A stretch of DNA of 64,000 nt from NCBI RefSeq assembly GCF_006345805.1, contig NC_043011.1:41366464-41430463 (forward strand), written 5' to 3'. Shown here piece after piece: positions 1 to 10,016 of the stretch (positions within the stretch are counted from its first letter, which is position 1; each line of letters begins with the position of its first letter). The notes beneath the pieces are model-generated. The model ran no database searches. It saw only the letters and a list, made by a program, of their open reading frames with translations, and was not told the origin of the DNA. Source of the stretch: Octopus sinensis (lineage: Eukaryota). The translations under genes were made by a program, and so were the position numbers.

Positions 1-206
1 ACAGCTGTTGCAAGAAATGATTATCAATTTACTAATAAATAATTATTAACCACTAACTCTCCATTTTCTTCTCTTAATTTAATACGGATTATATACTTAA
101 TATATACCAATTGATTTAGGAAAATTTATTTCCCAAAGACATAAGGTATAGAACCAGTATTTTCTTGGATGTAATCATACCTTCAAGAGCAACTTTATAT
201 CCTCAA

Positions 207-208
<2 letters not shown>

Positions 209-283
<75 letters not shown>
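209..283. repeat. (GT)n microsatellite
   Basis: Perfect TG dinucleotide run of about 75 nt. Confidence 0.95.
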
Positions 284-286
<3 letters not shown>

Positions 287-315
287 ACTTTATATATTTT
301 GCGAGCGGAGGTGAG

Positions 316-552
316 CTACTGCCATCTCTCGCAGACGAGGTGTCCAGTACTTGAAGAGAGGCAGAAATAGCCCGAAACCAGATTGGTATGCTGGTCCCGC
401 CGCTAGAAGGTAGTAAGATTTTGTTCCCTTGCTCGTAATATATCGGATGCAGTTGTGCATCATTAACCAGCTACGGGGACATGTCCTCTCGGGGTTAAAA
501 AATCGCAGTAAAATCTATTTGAACGGCACAATCATGTTGAAGTGGCATGTTG
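316..552. repeat. Unclassified dispersed repeat, copy 1
   Basis: Shares collinear blocks CTGCCATCTCT, AATATATCGGA, GTTGTG, TTAACCAGCTA and GGGGTTAAAA with 2800-2975, in the same orientation. Confidence 0.55.
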
Positions 553-763
553 TGTGTGTGTGTGTGTGTTTGTGTGTACATAAATGTCGAACGATACAAA
601 AATAAGTTCTCAACACTACATTGGTGGATATAATTTCATTATTTGTGAATTAAGGCTACCATTGGTTTTATGTTAAGAAAAGTAGGAAAATATCCTAGTG
701 TCTTAACAATATTTCAAGCCGATCACATAGAGTATGGCGTTCGCCTCTATTTTGGAAAACACA

Positions 764-1092
764 GCCTCATTTAGTGGTTAGAGTATCGAGCTTACGATCG
801 TGAGGTTGTGAGTTTGAATCCCGGACCGGGCTGCGTGTTGTGTTCTTGAACAAGACACTTTATTTCACGTTGCCCCAGTTCACTCAGCTGTAGAAATGAG
901 TTGCGACGCCACAGATGCCAAGCTGTATCGACCTTTGCCCTTCCCTTGGATAACACCGGTGGGGTGGAGAGTGAAGGCCGGTATGCATGGGCGACTGCTG
1001 GTCTTCCATAAACAACCTTGCTCGGACTTGTGCCTGGGAGGGTAACTTTCTAGGTGAAATCCCATGGTCAGTCATGACTGAAGGGGGTCTCA
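764..1092 (+). mobile_element. tRNA-derived CORE-type SINE (OR2-like)
   Basis: A box (TAGTGGTTAG) and B box-like GTTTGAATCC, followed by GTGTTCTTGAACAAGACACTTT...CAGCTGTAGAAATGAG, which resembles the MIR/CORE domain (recalled). Confidence 0.65.
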
Positions 1093-1136
1093 GCATATAT
1101 ATATATATATATATAATATACAGAGAGAGAAAGATT

Positions 1137-1138
<2 letters not shown>

Positions 1139-1199
<61 letters not shown>

Positions 1200-1225
1200 G
1201 TAGATAGATAGATAGATAGATAGAT
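1139..1225. repeat. (GATA)n microsatellite
   Basis: Near-perfect GATA tetranucleotide run. Confidence 0.95.
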
Positions 1226-1237
1226 ATTATTTGATAA

Positions 1238-1387
1238 CAGTTTGACTCGGCTCCATGCAACACAAAGTTTCGTAGACTCGTGAAACGACTCTATCTCGTC
1301 AAAGTTGTCGATCTCTACAAGTCTGACGAAATAGGTTCGTTTGATAAACCTGCGAACCTTTAAGCTGCATGGAGCCGAGTCAAACTG
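1238..1387. mobile_element. MITE, 150 bp, perfect 22-bp TIR
   Basis: CAGTTTGACTCGGCTCCATGCA (1238-1259) and its exact reverse complement (1366-1387); TAA on both flanks. Confidence 0.75.
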
Positions 1388-1494
1388 TAATTAAATAATA
1401 TGGTTCCTACAGAATATGCAGGGCGCATCTTTCTATCGTTTGTCAACTCGTATGTATAAATAGCAATCTGTATATCCTACAAAATGTAGATACG

Positions 1495-1686
1495 CTGTAA
1501 GAGCGCCATAATACTGCGGTGTTCATCTTCAGAATGCATCTCACATAGACGTTAATCACGTGTTCTACCGGCTTCGCCGATGGTGCTTAACATTTTCCTC
1601 CTATTGCCGATACGTCTGTTTTTTTTGGGGGGGGGGGGCACCGGGATACTCAAGAGGAATATCACAGTATTATGGCGTTCTTACAG
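1495..1686. mobile_element. MITE, about 192 bp
   Basis: CTGTAAGAGCGCCATAATACTG vs reverse complement CTGTAAGAACGCCATAATACTG (1 mismatch in 22 bp); TA on the right flank. Confidence 0.65.
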
Positions 1687-2367
1687 TACATTCACGTGTT
1701 AGTTAAGTAGGGGACACACACACACATATAACTTACAGTAATAAAGTCAAACCAAGTAATAATATTTTGAATACATTTAATACGTACGTTTCAGATCGTT
1801 ACCCAATAGATAAGATATATTCATCTCGTATGCAATATTTTTCACAGTTAAAACATTTTAAACTATGAACAAACTGATGGACCTCACACTTTATGGGCAG
1901 AGCATTTTAAGTCGCCTACTAAATGAAGAGAGGATGTGGCTAGAAGGAGTAACGGTTATTTTTATTCAGCCCGACAGCTATTTGCAACATCGTTGAATGC
2001 TTATTCACTGTTCCCTACATCGGTAGCAAAAGATTTCCTTTTGGTGTATGGTTGGCAGTAAGTACCTGCTATTAACGAAGAAGAAATGCATCTAGCGTTC
2101 TCACCAACCGCTACTAGAACGATTTAGTCTGCTTCTGATATTTTTAGTGCTTTTGGACACAGTACGTTCCTATGTATTTACACAAATGGCTATTTTAATC
2201 TAATACTGCTTATGTTACATATAACAAACGTGTGTAAGTGCATATATATATATGTGTATATATATGTATATATATATATGTGTATGTATATGTATATATA
2301 TATGTATGTATATGTATATATATATATGTATGTATATATGTGTGTGTATTTATATATACAAACAGAT

Positions 2368-2369
2368 AG

Positions 2370-2429
<60 letters not shown>

Positions 2430-2700
2430 TGGAGGCATGCGCTGTAACAGCGCGTCGCTGCATCCACCATTTTATTAGTGATTCCCTACTCCTCCTGGCG
2501 GATGACTCTCTTTGCATCACTCAGGCGATAACCCTCCAACTCATGTTTCTGTTTTTGGGTAGTCGTTGCTGGTGAGCTTTTTACGAGGCTGGAGGGTAAA
2601 TCCTACATCAATCTCTTTTAGTCGCCTTTTACGACGCGCAGAGGAAGCGCTGAGTCTAATCTTTGACATGCCAGTCAGTCCCCACATAGATAAGAATGGA
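2368..2700 (-). mobile_element. Retroposon-like fragment ending in a (TAC)n tail
   Basis: The minus strand carries GTCGTAAAAGGCGACTAA, a motif recalled from SINE/RTE elements, and ends in about 20 TAC units at 2368-2428. Confidence 0.4.
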
Positions 2701-2799
2701 CGCGGTTAATTATAATAATCGATGCTATGAACGCGTTATTCTTTGCAACATGAATAGACACCCGCTTCTTTGTTTATATATTGTGGGTAGGGACGATTG

Positions 2800-2975
2800 A
2801 CTGCCATCTCTAGCAGGTAGGTATCCACTACCGATGACGGAGGGTAGTGATTCGCTCCCTTACAATATATCGGACACAGGTTGTGTGTCGTTAACCAGCT
2901 AGAAAAGACGTTTTCTTGGGGTTAAAATGTTGTAATATAGTTCCTTATTGAACAGCCATGTTATAGTGGCAAAAA
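2800..2975. repeat. Unclassified dispersed repeat, copy 2
   Basis: Collinear similarity to 316-552, with an internal deletion. Confidence 0.55.
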
Positions 2976-3592
2976 ATGTTACCGTCAAGTATTGTTATTA
3001 CTTATGTCTCGTTTAGAGATTTCAGAACTAGCTACTTTGCTCGTTATTTAAAATTACTTAAAAAATATTGTTCCAGAGAACGTTATCTAATGTGTTGTCT
3101 CTATTCATTTTAAAACAGTAGATTGTGATTTGAGGAAGATATGACTGCAACTTCCAGCAGATAAAATAACTACGCAGCTACTTCACTGATAACCCGAACC
3201 TCAGAGACCGATCGTTCATTCACTTTCTCATCTACTCTACCACTTGCAATTCTAGGAATAATTCTTTATAAAATGTTTCATTAATTCCGTCGGTTTTCTT
3301 CCATTAAGCTTACATTTCAAAAATACTTACGTCCACCATATTAACATCTGTTTAATCAATTCGAAGTTAGATTTTCTTCTTGCAAATCTTCCGTTCCATT
3401 CGTTTCAATTTTCTACCGCCTAAAATACTTTTTTTTCCTTCTTACCTAAATTTTTGATTCCAAAGTATACAGTCTTTTTGATTGATTTTGAACATTCTTC
3501 AAGATTTACTTTTAAAATTTCTTATCTTGCTTTCATTTTCCAGAAACTCGCAGCAGACATATAACCGTCTGCTCAATCAATTCATTCAGACG

Positions 3593-3643
<51 letters not shown>

Positions 3644-3984
3644 TGTGTGCATGCTTGCGTGCATGTATGTATGTATGTACGTATCCACTACTGTGTTTTT
3701 TGTTGTTTTGTTTTTTTTTTCAATATATACCTTTCATAATTAAAGATTGCTTTCAAACTATAGAAAGATTCATATTTGATTGCTTTCAAATGTTCTCAAA
3801 AAAATATTTTCTTTCAAAAATTTTTGCTCAAATTAAACACGTATCAAAATTTCACTGAATCATATAAAATGTCTTTTATATTTTTATCTTGGCCATAAAT
3901 TCGTTTCTTTGTTTCTTTCCAGAGTTGCTTATTGTATTATTAATTTGTTTTTATATCTAGACACAAATATAAATGCATTTTCTC

Positions 3985-4021
3985 AAGTGATAGATAGATA
4001 AATAGATAGATAGATAGATAG

Positions 4022-4078
<57 letters not shown>

Positions 4079-4123
4079 TATGTGGTTTATATGTTTACAT
4101 GCATATATATACATATATACACC

Positions 4124-4163
<40 letters not shown>

Positions 4164-4237
4164 TGTATATGTATATGTATATACACACGCACACGCGCAC
4201 ACGCACGCACACACACACACACACACCACAGATCATA

Positions 4238-4273
<36 letters not shown>

Positions 4274-4310
4274 GCATATGCATGCAGCATATACACACAC
4301 ATTTATATAT
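3985..4310. repeat. Compound microsatellite (GATA)n/(TA)n/(CA)n
   Basis: Direct inspection; it explains the YI/CV-rich ORFs in the track. Confidence 0.9.
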
Positions 4311-4327
4311 AAACTGTAAAATAAATA

Positions 4328-4533
4328 CAGTAATCGCTCACCATATCGCGGTTCACCTATCGTGCACTCAGTACATCGCGGATTTTTCTGGTTAATATAT
4401 GTGATTTATATCGCGGACTCCTCAGTATATCGCGGGTTTCTGCGGCTGATAGGTATTTATAATTTTTTAGATTTTAATTATTTCTGTGGAAGGTTCTGGA
4501 ACGGTAACAGCTGCAATAGTCGAGGGATTACTG
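4328..4533. mobile_element. pogo/Tigger-type MITE
   Basis: TA|CAGTAATCGCTC ... CGAGGGATTACTG|TA: TA target duplication, CAGT termini and repeated internal TATCGCGG motifs. Confidence 0.75.
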
Positions 4534-4612
4534 TATATATGTTATATATATACATGCAAACTGTATCCGTATGTATATATATATATTCTATATTAGATTG
4601 CGTATACATATA

Positions 4613-4665
4613 GGCGCAGGAGTGGCTGTGTGGTAAGAAGTTTGCTTCCCAATCACACAGCCACT

Positions 4666-4706
<41 letters not shown>

Positions 4707-4850
4707 GTATGTATGTATGTATGTATTCATTATTTTTGTCTGTGTCTGTTCCTCCAGACAACAGATGTTGGTGTGTTTACGTCTCCGTCACTTAGCGGTT
4801 CGGCAAAAGGAGACCGATAGAATAAGTACCGTATATCCGGTCTATAAAAC
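4613..4850 (+). mobile_element. SINE family A, internally deleted
   Basis: Head GGCGCAGGAGTGGCTGTGTGGTAAG, then CACTTAGCGGTTCGGCAAAAGGAGACCGATAGAATAAGTAC as in the full copies. Confidence 0.8.
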
Positions 4851-5266
4851 GCATCGGTATTTAAGCCGCAAGGCCGAATTTGGGAGGAAATGTTGGTTTT
4901 ATCCACACATAAAGCGCACCGGTGTTTAAAAGGCCTATGGTGCTACGAGTCCGCAGCTAGCTTTTTGTTGTTGACGTATATGTAGTTTCAAAATGCCTTA
5001 TTTTACAACTATGAGATGTATTGTTATTGTTATCATCTTATGTTACTATAAGCAACAACAAACACATTTCGTCAATATTAAAGTCTTTATTAGATTAGAA
5101 TAACATTATCAAAACATGAAGGTAAAACAAAGCAAATACCGTGAATACTTTGGACAGTTCTAGACTTCATATTGCAATAATTCCATAGCCTTTTTTTCAA
5201 TCTTAACTAAATTTGAATCTGTTAAAATAAGTTGCAGCCAATATTTGATTACTTTTTTATATATAA

Positions 5267-5778
5267 CTAGCAGTATCGCCCGGCGTTGCTCGGGTTTGTA
5301 AGGGAAATAACTATATAAGCATTTTTAGAGAGTTACTTCCCTTATAGATGCCAATTCGAACTTTCTTAGCCATTTCTGTTTTGGTGTCTTCAAGCCATGA
5401 AGTCGTTGTTCTAAAAGAACGCTGGTCTCCTTGACAACGCTTTACGACGTTGATTTCCTTACACTCCCTTCCCCACAGCTTCACGAGGGAGGGAAGAAGG
5501 GGAGAAGCAAACAGGTGCAGGTGTGACCATGGACGCCAACTCCGCCGCCATCGACACACGAAAAATTATGCATTAAAATGGAATAAAAAATGATGTTAAA
5601 TTATTTTTAAAATCGTAGACTCATCGTAGACGCGCGCTAATACTCAGACAGGCTCGATATGAATCACGACTATAAGATACCCGAATTTGGTTAAACTGCA
5701 CCGCAAAATGTGGGAGTAGTTAGGAATCTAAACAGAAGGGGACAGACACTCACACAGCTACAGTTTTATATATATAGA
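5267..5778 (-). mobile_element. Non-autonomous Helitron
   Basis: Minus strand: A|TCTATATATATAAAA 5' end; 3' hairpin CCCGAGCAACGCCGGG followed by CTAG|T; inserted at an AT site with no TSD. Confidence 0.8.
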
Positions 5779-6063
5779 TTATCGCTGTTCAAAGTCACCT
5801 CTGATTTGGGGTTACTTTGAACAGTAATGTATTTTTTACTTATGTTCAAAAGTTGAATATGTTATTTGAAGGGATAAGTTTTCCATCAACTGAAAGAGTC
5901 GCTTTTAAGTGTTGGAAGTACGAGGATACTTCTGTAACACTTAAACATGCTCAGGATCTTTTGGTATTTTGGCACAGGCGTGATGCTTATTGGGATTTGT
6001 TTCGCTTTAAAAATGAATTAGTCCATTCAGCTGAAGGAAAATTGTTTTTAAATTGCGTTACTG

Positions 6064-6490
6064 GGATCTTTTCGGTTTGATCGGCAGTTTTTAACATAAT
6101 TTCTAGGTAACTAAAAACTTTTAAACTTCGTACACTGGTAGAATGTGTTTATAAAACATCTTTTTCTCTTGGCTTTATTGAGAAAATTCTATAGTTTGTA
6201 AGATATTTGGGTTTTTTTTTTCTTCAATTTCTGCAATTTCAACCAATTAGTGACGTCTATTGAGTTAAAAAGCATTCTGTTCTATATGAATATGTCCCTC
6301 GTTTAAGAAACAGATTGGGTTTATTTACATTTCTGAAGAAAAAAAGATACCCTTCCCCCACCCCTAATCCTAACTAACCCTAACTCTAAAAGAGATTGAA
6401 ATGCAATAGATTCGATTCTAGGGTCATAATTATGGGTGACAATTTCATATGACACCGCTAGAAAAATTGCCGTTCAAACCGAAAAGATCC
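6064..6490. mobile_element. MITE with 29-bp TIR and 8-bp TSD (Merlin-like termini)
   Basis: GGATCTTTTCGGTTTGA(T/A)CGGCA TIRs; exact TSD CGTTACTG at 6056-6063 and 6491-6498. Confidence 0.8.
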
Positions 6491-6806
6491 CGTTACTGTG
6501 ATACCTTGAGCTGTGATATAAAGAGGAAATAAAATATTACATCTTGTTTAGAGTTACCCCGGTGTTCTAAGTAACCCCATTTCACGGTATGCTTTGTTTA
6601 CTTCCGGGGACCAACGTACTGTAGCAGGAGTCTTTCACATTGTTCGCCGACCGACCTTTCCTTTGAAAAAATCACTGGAATCATTTGATCTTCATACACA
6701 AATTATTTTCCCCTTGAAACTTATAAAAACTACATACTTTTCTATAAGCCGCATACTTAATTTCCCAGGTAAAAAAAAATAGCGGCTTATACATCCGAAA
6801 GTACGG

Positions 6807-6905
6807 TACTAGGCTTATAAAGAATAAGTCCTGGGGTCGATTTGTTCGACTAAAGGCGGTGCTCCGGCATGGCCGCAGTTAAATGACTGAAACAAGTAAA
6901 AGAAT
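6807..6905 (+). mobile_element. SINE family A 3' tail
   Basis: AAGAATAAGTCCTGGGGTCGATTTGTTCGACTAAAGGCGGTGCTCCGGCATGGCCGCAG...GACTGAAACAAGTAAAAG. Confidence 0.85.
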
Positions 6906-6980
6906 ATACACATATACATGATTTATACATACATGTATATGATTTTTATATAGTTCGCCTCTTTATAACAGCGATTAATA

Positions 6981-7195
6981 TTGGTTTCAAATTTTGGTAC
7001 AATGCCAGCAATTTCGGAGGAGAAGTCGATTAGGTCGACCCCAGTACTCAACTGGTACTATTTTATCAATCCCGAAGGGGATGAAAGGCAAAGTCAAGCT
7101 CGGTGACGTTTGAACTCGGGACGTAAATAAAGACAGAATGCCGCCAACCATTTTGCCAGGCGCACGGTCGATTCTGCCAGCTTGGTGCCTTGGTG
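6981..7195 (-). mobile_element. SINE family C (tRNA head, Meta-like central domain)
   Basis: The minus strand reads GCTGGCAGAATCG...GAGTTCAAAC...CTTTGCCTTTCATCCC..GGGATTGATAAAATAGTACCAG. Other copies lie at about 13880-13990, 16900-17112, 17200-17260, 20300-20420, 20770-20970, 23075-23215, 27590-27800 and 60560-60770. Confidence 0.8.
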
Positions 7196-7331
7196 CTCAT
7201 GAAATATTGTCAACCGATATTATCAGTGCTTTTCATCATATATCATCAGATATCATCATCATTATGGTCCCGTGTCGGTGGAACGTAAAAGACACCCACT
7301 ATATTTTCGGAGTGTTGGCGTTATGAAGGGC

Positions 7332-7420
<89 letters not shown>

Positions 7421-7544
7421 TGTGTGTGTGAATGTGTGTGTGTGTGTGTATTATATATATATACTATATATATATTATATTATATATTTATATATACTAT
7501 AAATGTATATATTATATAATATATATATCATATATATATATTAA

Positions 7545-9042
7545 ACTTCGATAAACTTAGATATGTTTCGACCAATGATTGGTCTAGGCCATGTCTAACT
7601 TAATAGCACCACCTGATAGGATTATTTGAATCCTGTTTAAGTCAAGTTTTGTTTATGCTCCATTCAAGTAGTGAGTTTTTGTTGGGTGAGTTGTATCCAA
7701 TTATGGGTGGCTTATCTGGTATTCCTTGAAGGAATCTATCCAGACTCCGTTTAAAGTTGATGGGATCCTTTTCCTCTTTGATCTCTTTTGGGACAATGTT
7801 AACTAGGGCAGGGCCTGTTGAGGAAAAGAAATTATGTTGCAGTATACATGTATGCTGTGATCTTGAATTGGGCAGGGGACGTATGGCCCGTGGTCCCAGT
7901 CTTGGATGAACCTTGAAGCTAATGTTCAGGTCGTTTGGGCAAAGTTGGCAGTATATTCTCCACATCGTACAAATGATGTACCGCTCACGGCGACGCTGGA
8001 GAAAGTAGAGCTTCAAGGCTTTAAGGCGATCCTAATAATCGAGAGCAGCCATGCCTTCAATTCGTTTAGTGAGTGTCCTCTGGGGTGATTCAATCCTCGA
8101 GATGTTTTGTCTTGTATGGGGAGACCACAGTGGGCAGCATTATTCGAGGTGTGGCCGTACAAAGGAGGAAAAAAGTGGTATGATGACACCTTGTTCTCTG
8201 GACCGGAAAGTTCTTAAGATCTAGGAACTCATCCTACGAGCTATATCGACCTTCTTGTTGATGTGTGCACTCCAACTGAGATCGTCATCAACAATTACAC
8301 CCAGGTCTCTGATATTGTTAGAGGCTGTGAGCGGTTCCCCTGAAGGAAGAGAGTATGGCTGTTTTAGTGAGTAATTTCTTCCAAAATGCATCAGCTCAAA
8401 TTTTCCCTCGTTCAGTCGCATTTTGTTTCTGTCTGCCCATTGACTCACAGCATATAGATCAGACTGGAGTTGAGTTCGGTCTGCTTCTTCATTGACGATT
8501 TGCTGGAGCTTGGTGTCATCAGCAAATATTTTCACTTTGCAGTAATGTACGACACTGGAAAGGTCGTTTATGTAAATTATGAAGTGTAGCGGACCCAAGA
8601 CAGTCCCCTGGGGGACACTGCTGGTGACTTTTGCTGGGCTTGAGTGGACTCCATCAACTACAACATGTTGTGTTCTATTCGCCAGGAAATACTTAATCCA
8701 GTGTAGAACTTTTCCACGGATTCCAACATTTGCCAATTTTGAGAGTAGGATATTATGGTCTACCCTGTCGAACGCTTTGCTGAAGTCAAGATATATGACA
8801 TCAGAGTTCGAACCTGTTCCCAAGGCTTTGAGTACATCTTCAATGTGGTGTAAGAGCTGTGTTAGACAGCCCCTGCCACAGCGAAATCCATGCTGATTTG
8901 TATTTAGGAGTTTGTGGGTCTCTAGGAAGTCAGCTATCCTTGATCTTAACACTCTTTCAAACACTTTAATGATGTGGGAGGTGAGTGAGATTGGGCGATA
9001 GTTGAGTGCGAGGGATCTGTTTCCCTGTTTGAAAACCGGGAT
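7545..9042 (-). mobile_element. 5'-truncated CR1/L2-group LINE (reverse transcriptase pseudogene)
   Basis: ORF 8221-8964 has NQHGFR, YLDFSKAFDRV, VPQGTVLGP and FADDTK motifs; NYRPISL at about 9000; C-terminal ORF 7642-8016 after a frameshift or stop. Confidence 0.92.
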
Positions 9043-9096
9043 TATTATATATATATATACCTATATACTATATATATATAATATATATATATATAT

Positions 9097-9149
<53 letters not shown>

Positions 9150-9170
9150 TATTATATATATATATATATA

Positions 9171-9808
9171 TATACATAAAAGTAAAAAAATGGTACAACG
9201 AAGCACCGGTATTTACTGGAAAATAGCGAACGTAATAAATACGACGCTAATGTATAGCTTCACTGCGTATGTACTAGTAAAGATGCGTGTGTGCCACAAA
9301 CATGAAAAAAATTGTCTTACCTCTAGGAAGAACATCTGAAAAATGAAAAACCTAGATAACGGATAATGCAGTACCGGTTTCGGATATTTCACGGGCTATT
9401 CTTTAGTGGAAAGCAATACTCTCGTATTGCATTACTATTTTCATTGAAACTTCTTCACTGTTCTCGCTCTGTTAACGTTTTGGCATTCAGACGAGTGTAC
9501 TGGCATAGATGTGGCAACATTTGAAATATTGTTGAGGTTTATGCAGCTAATGAGGATAAATCAAATATACGTTTGGCATTCGTATTTTGAAAAATCCGAA
9601 ACCGGTACCGCATTATCCATTATCTAGGTTTTTCATTTTTCAGATGTTCTTCCTAGAGGTAAGACAATTTTTTTCATGTTTGTGGCACACACGCATCTTT
9701 ACTAGTACATACGCAGTGAAGCTATACATTAGCGTCGTATTTATTACGTTCGCTATTTTCCAGTAAATACCGGTGCTTCGTTGTACCATTTATTTACTTT
9801 TATGTATA
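9171..9808. mobile_element. Foldback MITE, 221-bp TIRs, 196-bp spacer
   Basis: 9171-9391 is the reverse complement of 9588-9808 (about 4 mismatches by eye); embedded in (TA)n; partial copy at 57860-58222. Confidence 0.9.
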
Positions 9809-9880
9809 ATTTTACTCTCACGGGCTATTCTTTACTGGAAATAGTATTGCATACTATTTTAATGTATATATATATTATAT

Positions 9881-9954
<74 letters not shown>

Positions 9955-10016
9955 ATATATATATATTATACGTGTATATATTATACGTACATATATTATA
10001 CATGCATATATTACAC

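Larger units (their letters stand above)
5138..6588 (-). mobile_element. Decayed pogo/Fot1-like DNA transposon hosting two nested insertions
   Basis: TA|CCGTGAA... and ...TTTCACGG|TA ends. The minus strand 6060->5860 translates as FKNNFPSAEWTNSFLKRNK..SRLCQNTKRS..SSYFQHLK..IPSNNIFNF, resembling the pogo CENP-B HTH and start of the DDE domain. Confidence 0.6.

Noticed and set aside
764-840. tRNA-like sequences (also the heads of SINE families A, C and D)
   Set aside because: They have A/B boxes but no complete cloverleaf and run on into SINE bodies, so they are SINE heads rather than tRNA genes.
2610-2690. Possible HDV-like ribozyme around minus-strand GCGCTTCCTCTGCGCGTCGTAAAAGGCGACTAA
   Set aside because: A P4-like hairpin followed by CTAA is present, but I could not find P1 and P2 partner strands in the required order by hand. 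An Infernal or RNArobo search would settle it.
8221-8964. Long RT ORF as an active or domesticated gene
   Set aside because: It is 5'-truncated, flanked by stops and frameshifts, and has substitutions in conserved positions; it is an ordinary dead LINE copy.
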